Positions 30,314 to 44,984 are shown, counted from the first letter of the whole stretch. The stretch is DNA of 59,500 bases, filler included, from Sphacelaria rigidula (GCA_964200075.2; 5 parts of 5 records of this genome joined end to end with filler, not necessarily neighbours in it), one strand, 5' to 3'. Notes: generated by a model from the letters alone, not told the origin. Numbers and translations: made by a program.

Positions 30314-33152
30314 CTGCTGCGACTGCCGTTTTTCTACCTCATGTACTCGTCTCCATCGCAGTCAGGGTGGTGCCCGAACGAAGGCTTGGTTGGCTACTGC
30401 AGGAACGGCGACAAGGGACCTTCATGCGGTATCGGCGACGATCTTTGATCACGGCCGGAAACACCGCGGCCGTCGTAGCAGCGGCGAGCGGGACGCCAGC
30501 AGCTGTGTGTTTTCCAACGCGCGATCGCCGTGATGAGCATCAGTATCAAGGTGCGATGGTACGAATCAGTTCGAACACTGTCATCCTGATCCTACGAACG
30601 AAGTGCTACATGCATATGTCTGTGATGCTCTCTCTGCATTTTTTATTATTATGTATATGTCGCACTTTGAACCCCTCCCCTTCCTCGAGAGGAGTCCGTG
30701 GTCTCAGGGGATCAACCCATCTCTCCCCTGGTGCACGCCTTGCATTTTGGTCTCGCGGGTTGGGTCATGACTATCAGCACTCCCACACCGCGTCAACCCA
30801 CGTCAGACAAACTCAGTCGACTATTTTGTGTACACACGTTCTTATGCTTCCCACAGTAGAAATCGGAAATTGCGAAGAAAAAACCCAACGCATCGTGGAT
30901 AGAACCTTCGTTCTCTCCACCCTAATGGCGACAGTCGGACGATTACACCACCGGGGCGCGGCGCTATCCATACGATATATTTTCGTCAAAACCCTAGAGG
31001 GCCTGAAGATGGGCACCCAAGTCTGACAACCATTTTTCGAGTGAGCATGACACCAATTCAATGAACCGCCACACTTTTTTACCGGTTACGGCGATGCTAC
31101 GTACCCAGGCAGCCTCCTTCTCTCAACACACTACAGCGCCCCGCTCGCTTCGGCAATGAAGCTGTTTTGTGAGACATCGCCTACTCTACGAATGAACGAC
31201 GGCTACCACGCGTGAATATACCGCGCGTAGCGTTACTCGTGCGTAAACTACAACCGGCAGCGCTTTGCCCTCTCAGGATAACAGCAGTAAAGCTATCGTT
31301 AGGTAGGAAAGTGCATTATGTGGTCAACACAAACAACAACTATTGCTGATCAGCTAGCTGAACGGCGTGGCAATTTATTGCTGGGAGGAGGACGTGCTCG
31401 TGGCGCGACTCGTCCGGGTGAGATGGGGTGGTGTTTTGATGTTGTTCCCCGAGGCTAGCGAGAAATTTCCCATCCTCCATCCCCGACAGCTGACTGAGGG
31501 TTGGTACATATCGGCACAAAGACGGATAATGGCCATGGAACCGCTATGGCGAGCTCGGGCAATCACCAGTCTCTGCCTGTGGTGGGTAGCAAGGGTGTGC
31601 CGGAGAATCCATCGCCCCAACACCACTTTGCCCGACAGTACTCACAGCTGAGTCATACACACGTGAGGAGCAAAGAAGGCGCACTGGCCTTGCTAAGCCA
31701 AAGCAAAATGCTGCTGCATACCTACGACTGGCTTGAACTTTTCTTTTCGATTCTCGTCTCCACATGTCCTTCCAGAGTTCATTTGCGCCTACAAAAACCA
31801 CCTTCCAAAACGTCCCAGGGCTGTCAGCGGACAAAGTCTCGGAACAGAAATCACAGGACGCTCAAACGGTGAAAAATGTAATCGTACAATTATGTTTTGA
31901 ACAACAACAGTTCGATAGCACGGCTTCTGCTGTCGTGATACTTCGAAGTATACAGTATTTAATTGTTCGACTGAGGGCTGTAGATTTTTAGCCAATCAGA
32001 ACGCGTCATTTTGTCCGGCGGATTGGGATCTTTCATGTTCCGAGATTTCGAATTCAGCCGGCCTACGTGCATGAACCAAGGATATAATATTTTTTGAGCG
32101 CGGGAGCATAAAAAGTGTCTTGAAAAATGACGGACACGTCCTGTACACGATGCAGTCAGTACAATCAAACGCACACCTCACATGGCGATACCCTGCACAG
32201 CAATTCGACACTGCTGTCCCGGCAGGCCTACAGATCTCGCGGAGCCCAACATATTTCCAAATCTGTCTAGTATGCACACCCCTCATGTGCTCCCGAACTT
32301 TCCCCCTTGGTTAGGGGTGTGATTAACGGGACAGTGTTCTTCAGATTTGATCGACTTTTCCGGATTTGTTTTTTCGAGACTTGTCTGGAAAAAATTCCGA
32401 CGCAAGATCAAAGGAGAAATCTGTTGTCGGTCTTAAATACATCTACTACCTGACGTTGTTGAGAAAACCTGCTCTCTCATTTTTCGGAGATGATTTTTTG
32501 TTTTTTTGAAACCGAAGAAGTCGGAGATTTCGCAAAAAAAACAAAACAGTATCATTTTTCGCAGTAAGTGTTTTTTTTATTCGAAAATCGAATAAGTCGG
32601 AGATTTTGCGACAAAAAAACAGGCCCGTCGATGGTCTTCTTTAGTATTTCGTATAAATCTCGTTCTACTTTTCTGCACGAGTGGTGCTGCTGGAGTGCCA
32701 TACTGCAGTGCTCGCGCTCGTTGTTTCCTTTGTCCTTTGGCCGAGTGCAACACAGCGGCGTGATGCATACCGTCATGGGCGCCAAGCACGCGACGCAATT
32801 CGCGAAGGTAGCGACACAAAGCCACCTACCTGGCGGTGACGCTTCTACCGGTGTCAGACGACGGCGCTCGTCATGTCGCTGACTGTTTTTTTTAATGTTT
32901 ATCCGGAAAAAAGTGCACTTGTTTCTTCCATGTCTGTTGTTACTGTCTGGGATTATCCAATTCGTGCCGTGAGGTCTTTCCAGTGCTGCTGAACGAAGGA
33001 CTGTAAACTTGCACGCTGCTTCTGCTTTGTGCTACCTCAGTGCGCGCTTTATTCGAGTCTGTTTTCCTCGTCCAGACCACTCGTTCTGAGTGAGGGCGTG
33101 TCATACCATGTGCTTGGCCAGCGAGAACAAGCGGGGGAATGGAGAAAATTTC

Positions 33153-33583
33153 CAGGGATATACACGTTACACACGTGACACATTTTGAAAAATCCGGGAG
33201 AAACGTAACTTTGGGCCATTTAACGCTACGCACGGTTTGATTTTTTGGACGGGACAAATATAACGTAACGTGATGCAACGTGTGGACCTTGAAGCAGTGT
33301 CTCTTGGGATTTTCCATCCAGATGTAAAAAAAAGGCTGTATTTGTCAATTTTTAACGTGACACGTGGCACGATACAAATTTACGAAAACAAGCAAAGTTT
33401 TCGTCACATTTGGAAAGTAAAACGCTGTGTTGGGGTTCATGCGAAGGATCACACGTTATACATCACGCTACGTTACATTTGTCCCATCGAAAAAAGCAAA
33501 CCTTACGTAGCGTTAAATGACCCAAAGTTGAGTTTTTTCGAACGTGTCACGTAAAAGCGTCACGTGTAACGCGTATACCCCTG
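33153..33583. mobile_element. hAT-like MITE
   Basis: CAGGGATATACACGTTACAC ... GTGTAACGCGTATACCCCTG, long subterminal inverted arms, 8-bp TSD AAAATTTC / AAGATTTC. Confidence 0.8.
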
Positions 33584-34296
33584 AAGATTTCAATCTGATT
33601 GGTCCAAATCATTTTTGATCCTACTGTAGTTGATTAATCCCCTTTCTCCTCGTTTCTGCGCTTTTTTACAAAAAAAGAATGGTGAAGGGTAGGGTGTCTC
33701 GACTTTTTCCGAGCGAGAATACGACCCAGAACGTGGCACACCAATTGCGGAGAAGTTCAACGGGTGATGTTATGTGCCTCCGTCGGAAGCTGTGAGCTCG
33801 ACAATTCGAGGCCTACTCCGGCACCGACAGACTCTCGCGCTCGATGCCTGATACCTCTCGGAGGTACCCACAGTCTACCGCAGTACAGGCACTGTTTGAA
33901 GTGGCGTTTGTGGCATGTAAGTCAAGCGGTGACCTTACTTCTCTCGTGTGAAAATCGTCGCAACATTTTTTTTTTAATGTTGCTTCGAAATGACACACGG
34001 ATCTGAAAAGACACAGTGCTGCTGCAGTTGGCGAGCGATTACCACAAGAAAGAGCGAGCATTTGATCAATAACCTCATCGAGAACTGAGGCCTGAGGTAC
34101 CGGGCGTTGTGTCGGGCGCTGTGTAGACCCCTGACGTGCCGAAAAACACCGGTCCCGAGCAATATACTTCATTATTACAGCCTTGCAAACCATGCTAAAG
34201 GGTGAGCAAGCCACACGATCAGGTACAGCACATATCTTGAATATGTACGGTCAAAAACAGGTACGACGACAACCCGATGTATTCTACACCCATGCT

Positions 34297-34567
34297 GACA
34301 CTTTCTACGATAGCCCCCCCGGAGCAACAAATAAGTACGCCCTCCCCTTCCAGCCCAAAGCTGTCCCGAAATAAATAGTCATACAGCGCCTGATGTTTAT
34401 ACTCAGGCTGGATGAAGCCCCTCATACGGGCGATATCGGCGAAAACGATCCCAAGCGTGGGAATTCTCAGCTGCTCGTCGTGTTCGGCTCTTTTCATTCC
34501 GACTTACGTGCAGATTGCGCCTCCCCAAACCAGCCATTTTTCAGGGGAGGCTATCGTAGAGAATGTC
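34297..34567. mobile_element. GAC...GTC MITE, 271 bp, 4-bp TSD TGCT
   Basis: TGCT|GACACTTTCTACGATAGCCC ... GGCTATCGTAGAGAATGTC|TGCT. Confidence 0.85.
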
Positions 34568-35343
34568 TGCTCCAGGAATTGACAGGCCAATGCATCCCAA
34601 TATCTGACCGTAGCGATGAAAGCCTGAAGCAAGCCCATTTATTTCACCGTTTTTTTTATCTAACCTGTACCTGAATCTGTACCTATTTCTGAACGTCGAC
34701 CGTTGAGCTGGTGGTGGCGGAAATTGTACCTGTTTTTGGCGATTTACGTTAACGAAAGGTTGAGCCTGCCCTATATTACACGGCCCAACCCAAACCCTGT
34801 CAGAAAACCGAACCTCGATTGATCCCTGTGCACCCTAGTGTGGAAATTTGGCCCCTTTGAAAACTATGGAAATATATGCGTCAGGTCGGTAGTACATTCC
34901 TCAGTTCCGACACAACGCTCCCCCCCCCCCCTGACCATATGAAGATATGTTACGTAGTGACCAAGGTGAGGCATGACAGTGAAAAACTGTGCGAGTACTG
35001 CACCCGAAAACTTTGTGCGGGTCCAAATTTGGGGGGGGTGGGGGGGAGGGGGCAGGGAGAGAACCCTCAATCCTGGTATTTAGGCTCCCGGAGAGGTAGC
35101 CAGATTTCTGTGGAGTGAAATTGCTTCACATGTTGAGAGGTGTTGGTGGACTCGGAGCGAGGGTGTGCATTGTTCTTTCGAGAAATTGGGTACGAATTGA
35201 TCGCGAGTCAGGAAGATTGAACTGATGTGGTGATTGCAAAACACCGGCGAGGCCGCGGGGGTTTGGAAGAGATTAGCTCACGTAATCAGTCTATTATGTA
35301 CCGTTGGTCACTCACACCTACCGCTGCTTGCAAGGATATGAAT

Positions 35344-35640
35344 GCTGCTTTTGGGGTTGGAGTTTGCCGGTGTGGAACATATTTTTGTGAGTCTAAGAAG
35401 AGCGGCGGCGGCGGGGGGGTGTACTCATGATCTTGCATGCCATAGTAATAAGAACATTGACCTCACATCCCTACAAAGCCGGGACGAAGCGCGCCGGGTT
35501 TTCGCCGGACCAGGCTCGATGTGAAGGCTGCTTTTGGTAGTGGAGTTTGCCGGTTTGAAGAATATTTCAGTGACTCTAAGAACGGCGGCGACGGCGGCGG
35601 CGCCGGCGGGAGGGGGCGGGGGCGGGGCGTACTCATTTGT
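35344..35640 (+). repeat. Direct repeat with ~183-bp period
   Basis: GCTGCTTTTGG..TGGAGTTTGCCGG...TCTAAGAA..(GGC)n..GTACTCAT at 35344 and 35528. Confidence 0.75.
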
Positions 35641-35662
35641 TGCTTGCCTTAGTCGTTCGACC

Positions 35663-35762
35663 NNNNNNNNNNNNNNNNNNNNNNNNNNNNNNNNNNNNNN
35701 NNNNNNTTAATTAATTAANNNNNNNNNNNNNNNNNNNNNNNNNNNNNNNNNNNNNNNNNNNN
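35663..35762. other. Artificial spacer
   Basis: N44-TTAATTAATTAA-N44. Confidence 0.97.
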
Positions 35763-38700
35763 CTCAGTTGTCAGCCTTTACAACACCTCACCATTATCAT
35801 GGAGTGAAAAATCTCCAGCCTTGCATCATCTGGCCTGGGCTACACAGCAAGCGTCATCATCTACAGGATGCCCTTGTCCCCTGGTCATCATCCAGGATCC
35901 AATATATACTCAACCGTTACGGCGTGATTTCGCCACAGACCACACGAGGATAGTTTGGGCGGCACAATATAAAGACGGGGAATCCCCGGTGTACGCGCAC
36001 CTAGGCGTAGAGGGACGCCAGGCGACAGTGCACGGCATTGTAGCGAGCCAGAACGCATGCCCGCGCGACTGCATCGATGACCTTCAGGTTGAAGGGAGGC
36101 GCTAACTCCATATCTGGGACACCCGCTCGGAAAAGTAAGTGTGGAGGGCCTTCGAAGACACCGAGAGACCTCATCCTGGTGAAGTTAAGCTTGTGCATGA
36201 ACTGTTTCATACCAACGCTGATCTGGGCCGGCCCCGCAGGCCGGATCTCAAACGACCGTGGCGACGTTATGCCAACGATGGGAAACACGCGACCGCTGTC
36301 TATCAGGGCCCCTTTGAAGTTGACCAAGGAGCGGAGAGTGGTGGTGTAGACGGGCAGGCCCGTGTACGCGGCACTGAAGGCCTCTGCCTGCTGTTATCTC
36401 GTGAACAGGCAAAAACCCTTACAGTGTACGGCGATTCTGTTAAACAATCGTAATTAAGTACCAAAAGTGGTTGTCAATGACATACTTCCACCTATACACT
36501 AACCCTTCGGTGTCAAAAGTAACTCGTGACATCGAGATATGTTTGGACACTCATGTACTGTGCAACCATATCTTCTTACCCCTGTGAGAGTCGTACTGAT
36601 ACCGTACATAATTTGGCATCGGAAAAGACCACCCGCGTATCGGCATTATTTGCAGGACTTACTCCGGGATTTTATTTCGAATTTTTTAATTGGTTGGAAG
36701 CTCGTCCATGAATTATGTTATTTGATGACATAGAATTCGTTCAACAGGAAGAGTGAAGTTTTGCGAATACGAACCTAACCACAGTCTCGGTCCTCAATAT
36801 TTCTACATAGGTTGGGAGTTACAGCCGATTCCCAGCCCAATTACCAAGGTTAATTACCGCGGTAAATTACTAAGGTTTACTGAGTGATCCCACGGTAGGG
36901 GTGCACAAAATATTGCTACCGTTTGAATTTGTAGGAGGCCTCCATCTCATTAGGGTTAGGATTAGGGTTAGGGTCAGGACCTAACTCTAGGACGAGCGAG
37001 GCCATACATCGCAGCCGAATGATCCAGTCGTTTTCTTTATTTCGAAAATATGCATTGCTGTCGGAGGTCCCCAGCGTTCACCCCCAATAACACAGTCTAG
37101 CCGCAGTTTCTGCGGTGAAAAACATATACGATGTGGGTTACACACGCTCTCGGTGCTCTGTCGCAACAATTCATCCCTACGTGTGCCATACGTGCGTACT
37201 GCCTGCGTTGATACCAAACACATCGCGGGGATTTGGGTCTGTCGTCCAATTGGCAACTCCGCAAGACTTCCCCAGGCGCAAAACTCTTGTAAACCTTCAC
37301 TCGGTGTTCAGGCACAGACTGGTCCGCCGCGAGGTGTTGTGTTGTGTGTGGTGTGCGGTTGTGCGGTATTACTCCCCGGTTGTGCGATACCGATCTTCGA
37401 TTTTGACGCACAATTCTTTGTACACACCTCGAGAAGACCTGGTCGATCATGATGTGGGTATGTCCAACTATCATGAAGTTGACCTCAACCCGTCCGATTA
37501 CGCCTCGAGCAACCAGAGAACCCAGGTACGTTAAGACGATATGGTTCTTGTTCTCGCCAACGCAGTTGTCGAATTGGGCGAACAGTTCGCCAATGTACGC
37601 TAGGGTGCCGTCGCTGCAGTGCGTGTCGAACAGTCGCGTCAGTGCCTGGTGAATGGAGATACATATACGATTGCTACCTGCGAAACAAGTACACGGCAAA
37701 GTGGTGGCGGGATGGCGGGACGGGCAGTGTGCGATGTTCGTTAGGTTTGTGGAAGAAATGTTGTGGTAGACTGTGGTGCAGTGTGCTATACCGAACCACG
37801 CGCCTCGGCGGTAGACGTACCGAGCGAATAGACTAGGGCAGACGAAGAGTTACTCACTTCGAATTGGGTGGGCGGCGGTACTACGCTAAAAGAAAATCGA
37901 CATGGGAACGAATCATGCCGACGATCGCCTCACGGTATAATTCGGCGACTGCATAACACGAGCACCGTACTCTAACTCACCGCCGCCGACGGCCTGAGGT
38001 GCCAGGAAGAAATCCACGAACTGTCCCTCCACGAGAACTGCCATGATTTCTTGGCGTTCGGCATATCCCCTGTCAGTCACCACATCGCGCATCGTGCATA
38101 ACCGTGGAGTCGTATCAGACACGATACAGTCTACATCGACGTCGACGCACGCGCGAGCGAGTATACACCAGCGCCATGACTGTGGGTGTACGCGAGTGTT
38201 GGAGGCGCTAACCAAAGGGGGACACCGTCGAATGCACGGTCAATCGTCGTTCGTACTCACTTGTCTGTGCCGTGCGTCACTGAAGAGTACATAGGTAGAG
38301 CGAACACCGTTTGGGTTGCTGCATCGGCTTGTAGAGACACGAACTTCAAAGGCTCCTGATTGGCCTTCGCTCGAATGGCAGCCTGACTGATGAAAGCGAG
38401 GCGCTGACGGTCTAGAGTCATCAACTGTAACGGTCGAGGGGATGTGCGCGTCGTAAGATTGATGAGGAATATCTCGAGCTTTGTATCTACCAGTGGGATA
38501 AACCATGCGCCTCAAGCCGTGGTCCCATGAGAGACGAACTCGGTATTGAAGGAAGCACAGAACCACCCGCTCAGGAGGCGTGAAGTAACCATAAATATTG
38601 AAAACACAAACATAGCTAATAAATTCAGATCAACATACACACTGTGCCTCCAAGGAGGGACGTTATCGAGATGAATCAACCTACACCACAATAAACGAAA

Positions 38701-39689
38701 CCAATCCGAAATAACGAACTAAAAATAAGCCAGGTGAATGATAAGAGAAATGGTCGGCTGTTGATACGCGGCTCGGGCGGAGAGTTTCCGCCAAGACCAC
38801 GTGTAACTGGGCAACGCTACTCGACCGCATGGACCTGGGAAACTCGAATGGAGAGGCACTCGCGACCTACGATGCTGTGATGCAATGAGCCGAGGTCGCA
38901 TAGGGAGATGGAAATTCACTCGACAAAATTTCGATGCGTACTCGCGTCGAAACATTTCATATCGACGGGTCGCTACAGGTACGAGCTGAGGAAATATAAT
39001 GGTCGGGAAATATCCTCCCCTTGACTGATTCGGTACACCTGCGGCTGCCTTGGATGCTATCAGTGGCGGAATCTCACAAGTTGCGTATCCTCGTTTTTCC
39101 GGTGACCTGACAAGCTGCCGACAATTTCGACGAGAAGACGACTCACATGCAAGTGCGCCTTCTGCTCCATAGCGACCTCCTCCATCTTGCCGGGGTCAGC
39201 GGTGACCCTCACACCAGAACGTCCATTAAGGGTGTCGTGGTACAGAGTGCACGCGTTACACTTCATGAATGTGCCGCCGACCTTGGCCTTGTAGTGGGGT
39301 CGGTCCTTGCGCATCGTGGTGTAAAAATAGCTAAGAATCGCGGCCACCCCCCATCCTGTACTACGCATATCCTTCACGAACGCATCGTACACTCCCTGTC
39401 ATTGAGGATGTAAGGTGGTCGCGTGTTTCGAGGGATCGTGCGCAGGAAATGGAGCCCGCAACGCCGGATAGTTACGCTATACGGTGAGGAAAATGTGCGC
39501 GCGCATGAAGTTGTTAGTGCAACATCAGCGTGCGCATGAAGCCAAACAACGAGCACACAAGCGCGATGCGCTGCGTCCTGGACGCGGCGCGTATATCTGT
39601 ACTGTCATCCACCGCATTGCCTCTTTCTGCGACGCTATTCGCAGGGGGGATGGATCCGACTGTTGAACTGAATCAGATAAGACCCGGTA

Positions 39690-40090
39690 TTGAGAATTGG
39701 GGATGGATATTTTATTGAGGTTGAGCCTTGGGAACCTTCGTAGGCATCACTACATTTCCGCAATACAAAAATTCTTCCCTCTCCGATTGTGCCGTGTGGC
39801 GTGGCTACTCCTGAACAACAGTTCGTCTGCAATTTGTGAAGTCCTGTACTTACACGGGACAAGTTAATCCTCCGGCTCTTCCTGTATTTTACACTGCTCT
39901 TGTATTCCAGAATCCCCTGAAAAACACGGGATTTTACAAATGACCGGCGTTTTCTCCCATGATGAGCGACGCCACACATTACAGCCGGAGAGTGCATTTG
40001 TAATTTTATTCCGAAAACATTTCGATGCTTGTGGCGGTTCCCAAGGTTATTCCTCCATAAAAACTTCGCTCAATTTCCGAAATCGCGTGC
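39690..40090. mobile_element. Degenerate fold-back element in a transposase intron
   Basis: CCTTGGGAACC...GCATC...AATACAAAATT versus AATTTTATT...GATGC...GGTTCCCAAGG. Confidence 0.55.
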
Positions 40091-40582
40091 TAGATGCGCT
40101 AAGGGGTAGTCGATGGTCCAGCAATTTGAATTGGAATCGAAGACTATGAACACCGTCGGGGATCGAAGTGTTCCAGGCTCGTACCTCTAGCCCGACAAAA
40201 ACACAAATCAAAACGATATCTTCCAACTGCTTCGTTGAACGTTTTGGCAAAAAACAAACAAACGAAACTAAAATAAGCCGCGGTTTACCGTGAGTGATAC
40301 CGCGAGAGCCCCCCCCCACCCAACCCATCCACCCACCCACCCACACACACACCCACATATCAGTCCAAAAGCGCGACCGAAACAATGGCTGGACAAGCGC
40401 GACCAACGTTTTACCCACCTGTTTGTTTCTCATGCAGAAGTATGTAGCATTCTGGTGCGGAATGTGTTGCCCGTACATCTCTGCGTATCTGTCGAGGAAC
40501 GCGAGGATTTTGTTTCGGTGAACAGGATCCCTGCCGTCGCGTGGTCCACCGTCGCCCCTGATAAAGCACACGTGACACGATC

Positions 40583-41028
40583 TTCGTGAGACTTCGAGGG
40601 TAGTTCCAGATTCAGATTGAGACCCGAAACAATCGACTTTCCCGTCGATTTTGACATCGCCACAGTTCGAGGAGTAATGCGCCCAGCTGGTGAAGCGGTG
40701 GCTTCAATGAAAGCTGTCACCTACACGATGAATTTGACACAAAATCACTTGATCGCAACTACGTAGTCAGTCCATTGCAACAAAAGATCCCGTCTTTCAG
40801 GAAAACTCGATTAGTGCCTGAAACAGTTTCAGTTCCGAAATGCCCCCCTGGCGTAAAAATGCTTCGTGCAGTGTCTCACCAACCAGACCGCCGAAATCCT
40901 CAAATGGGGTACTGTACGGTAGCTGCATGCACAGCACGTGTGCTCAAGCAAAAAAAAGGAGAACGATTCCTGTTAGAAACGCGAGAGCATCCACTCTGAA
41001 TCTGAATCTACCCTCTGAATCTCACGAA
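40583..41028. mobile_element. TIR-bounded MITE in a transposase intron
   Basis: TTCGTGAGACTTCGAGGGTAGTTCCAGATTCAGA / TCTGAATCTGAATCTACCCTCTGAATCTCACGAA. Confidence 0.6.
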
Positions 41029-42369
41029 TAGGGTCTCTCGAGCGCATCACGGTGAGAAACCCTATTGAGCAATAATATTTTGGCCTTCGCCTCTTATGCG
41101 GGCCTAAGGCTTCGCATAATTCCGATTTTTGCGCGTAAATTCTGCGTTTCTCAAGACGCATATTTTTGGTTGTGAAACGCATAGTGGGCATATCATGCGC
41201 ATCAATTGCGCATATAGCCTGTGCGCCGCCTGCGCCCACTGTGCAGATGCCCTTAGATGTGTTCCATGTGTCTATGTGGCATGACAAAGCCGCATGTAGA
41301 CTGGGTTGGACCATGTCATGTTCGAGAGTCAGAATCATTCTTTCGTCATAAACCACACGCCTTTTTTTTTCACATGTAAATGTAGGACATATGTATAGAC
41401 AACAGTACAGAAAAGTCCTTGAACGGTTTTTGAGCCCGCTGTCAAGTGCATGCAAAGTCAGTACAGTATGTAACAGTATGTCTTCGACGAGCACCTTTCA
41501 GTTTTCGTAGTTACATGCACGCTGCTGATGTCTCTGCTTCGTGTTTCACAACAACACTACAGACAGTGTGAAGCTATGCTGGCAACGCAAGAAGGGTCAG
41601 GTAGACCCGAAAGACTGCGAGCAGAGTCTTTACTTCCGAAAACAAATGGTTGACTGCTTGAGCTCTCCGGCTGTTCGTTGAACCCCCCCTGCCCTCTGGA
41701 AATCCGTGAGTGTTCCTGGACTGTCAGCCGGTGAAATTATTCCGAGGCGGATCTCGACCGCAAAATAATAGAATTGGTTACAGTAATCGATTTCAAGATT
41801 TAAACTTGTACCGGTTGTTCCTGGATGCGCCCTCACGAGTTTACACCCGTCCGAGGCCTACTGCGGACCAATCCAGTCACACATGTTGAGTGTTTTCGCT
41901 GGGTACGACGGCGAGAAACAGTGAGCCGGTATGTGTCGGCCGACGCTACAGTAAATCACGGTCACAGCAGCCTGTGGTAGCATACATTTTCGGTCTATTT
42001 TGACGTCGAGCTTGCCTAGTACAGTACTGCTGTACGTTGTGTGAAATCTACATATTATGTTCGCTTTGCTACACGACAGTGGGAGGTTCAAATCTGCCCA
42101 AACTTGGCGAAGAGATATAAGATATTTACGGGGTTCTCGATACCAATGGAGCACCCGGGTTCTTCTTGGCGTTCTCAACGAGGTTCTTCGACACACCAAA
42201 CGCTCTTGTGAAAAACTGATTACACACGACGCCGTCAGAACCATGTATTGACGCCATATTTTTCCCGGGTTTCTGATACGGCACGTACACTCGAACCCAA
42301 GCCAGTCTTGCTTTGCGCGCGACGATACGACGGAGGTCCTCTTGCTCCGACGCCAACCTCTGAGCACCA

Positions 42370-44984
42370 CACACGTGGACAGATAGCATCCTGTGGGGCG
42401 CACTGTGCAGGGTCTGTACAGGGTCCTCCACAGTCTCTGTGGAAAACTCCCTGACAGTGACATGCAAAATCTGTACCCATCGCAGCGTTTTGATAGGGTT
42501 TTCCCCAGGGTTGGGTTTGCAGCCCTGTGTAGGCACGTCGGCAAAGCCCTGCACAGTCATGTGGTAGTGTTTTTGTGAAAAAAACTCAATTTGTTTTCGA
42601 AAATTCCAAATATTTTGGTACAAAACCTGTAATTTTATATATCTTCAATACCTTGTCCTCCTGTCCGAGGTAAATTCCTCTTCACCCGATTTGAGTCGAG
42701 CGAAAAGGAATTTATTTTGGACAGCATGTCAAGCTAGATCCAAAACAGATCCTTTTCTCGCCCAATTAATTTCGGCAAAGAAAATGATTTATTTAGAACA
42801 GCAGAAGAAGCTGTTCAAGATCGATCCTTTTTTCGCTCATTTTTGAGATGAGCGAAAAAGGATATATTTCGAATAGCTCATTTTGCTGCGCAAATCCCAT
42901 GCACACTGGCAGATTCGGAACTTGACCGGCAGAAGAAGCTCGAAATAAATATTTACTTTTCCCTCGAATTCATCCAGAGATTGGGGGGAAAAGAAATTTA
43001 TGGCGAGCAGCGTCAGCTGCTGGGCAAATCCCGCATACTGCATCGTCACCGGCGCATGGGATCCAACACGCAGAAAAAGTTGCTGAAAGTTTTTCATGTT
43101 TTTCCCCCCGAGTCCATGTGTACATGGGCTAAAGGATGAATAGCTCTCAACCGCTTTCGCTGAACAGAAATCCCACACGTTGGATACGCGGGTATGTCCA
43201 CACCTGTGCTTCATGTGAAGCCCCTGGAAGGTGGCAAGATACCGACTGATCGGGTATACCTCGTCAATATATTTACATTTTCCCCAAAACCCCGTCTTCC
43301 GTCGTATACTAACACGAACCATGTTTAAAAAATATCACTTAATCAATCGTATATGTGTGTATGTTGTCGTCCCATTTATTCTGGGCGCCAGTCACCCCTT
43401 TCGGGATATATACCACCACAACCCCGCAGCAAAGAGTATGGGTTGGGCACAGGGATAAAGACACATACACACTGCCGTGCGGCGGGTGGATATATGATGT
43501 ATTTATCGTTGGTGGAAACTTGAGCACCTACTTCTTTCATGGTCGCGACATCGCGCCGTGACGACATACGCGGGGTGCGTATATACAGGCACGGGTGCGA
43601 AGTACAATAATCAACCGGCCGCCTATGGTATGCATATACACACTCACCATCATATGCATGCTGCGGATCGCGGACGCACCGCGATATAACATACTGTAAT
43701 AGTGCAGCATACAGGCCGCGCGTACGATATACTGCACGTTGTTCAAGTTCTTTTCACGTCGCACTGTAGGTAGAGAACATACATATACACATTGTCCTGC
43801 GCTGTCTGTACTGTATACTTTTCCCCTTGCCTTTCACGCCCAACTTACTGTGCTGCAGCAGCTGTGCTCGCAAATATATGATGTGGAACGGGCGTGAAAA
43901 ACTGGAGTTCGTGACGGTATATAACACCCGCCCCATATATCAACATAAGCTGCAGGCATCTATACATTGTACTCATAGCCACCCATCTGCAGTACATGGC
44001 GCCGCACGTATAAGCACGGCGGTATAGCGCACTGTCCCGCATGCAATGGTATTGTACAGTCCAGTATAGTTTATTGTTGTGAATATATATCCCGATTACG
44101 CAGTATGCGATAAGATCGATGTTTCATTATCCCCTGTATATTGTGTTAGTTTCGTCGACGCGGGACTATGGGGTTTTCATCAGGTGTATGCATCTATCAG
44201 CGAGGTCAATTGCTATCTGTCATCATGACATTAGCTGCAACAAAAGCTTGCGTGCAGGAAATAGGACTTGCACAGCTGAAGCTGCTCGCGAGCAAGTTCT
44301 TTCTCCACCCAATTTCAGGTGTTCTTGGTGGTGTACAGATTCCATCTGCGATATACAGTGTATACGGGATTGTCTGTATAGCTGAAGCTCTTGGAAATGA
44401 ATCCTTTCTCAACTCTATCCCAAGTTTGGAATTAGGATATATTTCGAACAGCAGCGGCTGTCCAAATTTCAGATTTCCATCACACTTGTGCCTCTAAAAA
44501 CAATTCGGGGGATTTCAGTGTTATTGACACGGACCTTCGAGGGCCGCCCCAAAATTCAGAAGTACAAAGAACTTGAACAATCCTTAACGACTACCACGCG
44601 TAGCTCCGTGTGTAAACCAGAGATGGTACAACGACAAAGGTCCGGAATCGATTCCCTGTCCAACCGAATCAGTTCTTTTTTCCGCCAGTACCTTGCGCCC
44701 GCAGCTGCATGTGAAGGGTAGTGTTTGTGCGTAAACACACTGCACAGCATTCCCAGCAGCGATGAATTCTTCACGGGGCGACGGAACCCTGTGATACACA
44801 CTATTCATGACCACTGTAGAGGAACCCTGTGATGCACACTACTCATGACCACTGTAGGGAAACGCTGTGGAGCGTCCTGTGCTACGCTGGAAAACACTGC
44901 ACAGTAAAATTCCCGCAAGAAACACTGCGCAGGGTACGTAAACCCTGTAGACCCCCTCCACAGGGTGCTATCTGTCCACGTGTG
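42370..44984. mobile_element. 2.6-kb CACTA/CMC-like non-autonomous element, perfect 19-bp TIR, 2-bp TSD (CA)
   Basis: CA|CACACGTGGACAGATAGCA ... TGCTATCTGTCCACGTGTG|CA; subterminal 38-bp tandem repeat at 44783/44821; excision restores the host reading frame. Confidence 0.88.

Noticed and set aside
42126-42623. 165-aa ORF as a stand-alone gene
   Set aside because: Chimeric: the N-terminal half is TIR sequence of the inserted element and only the C-terminal half is transposase exon
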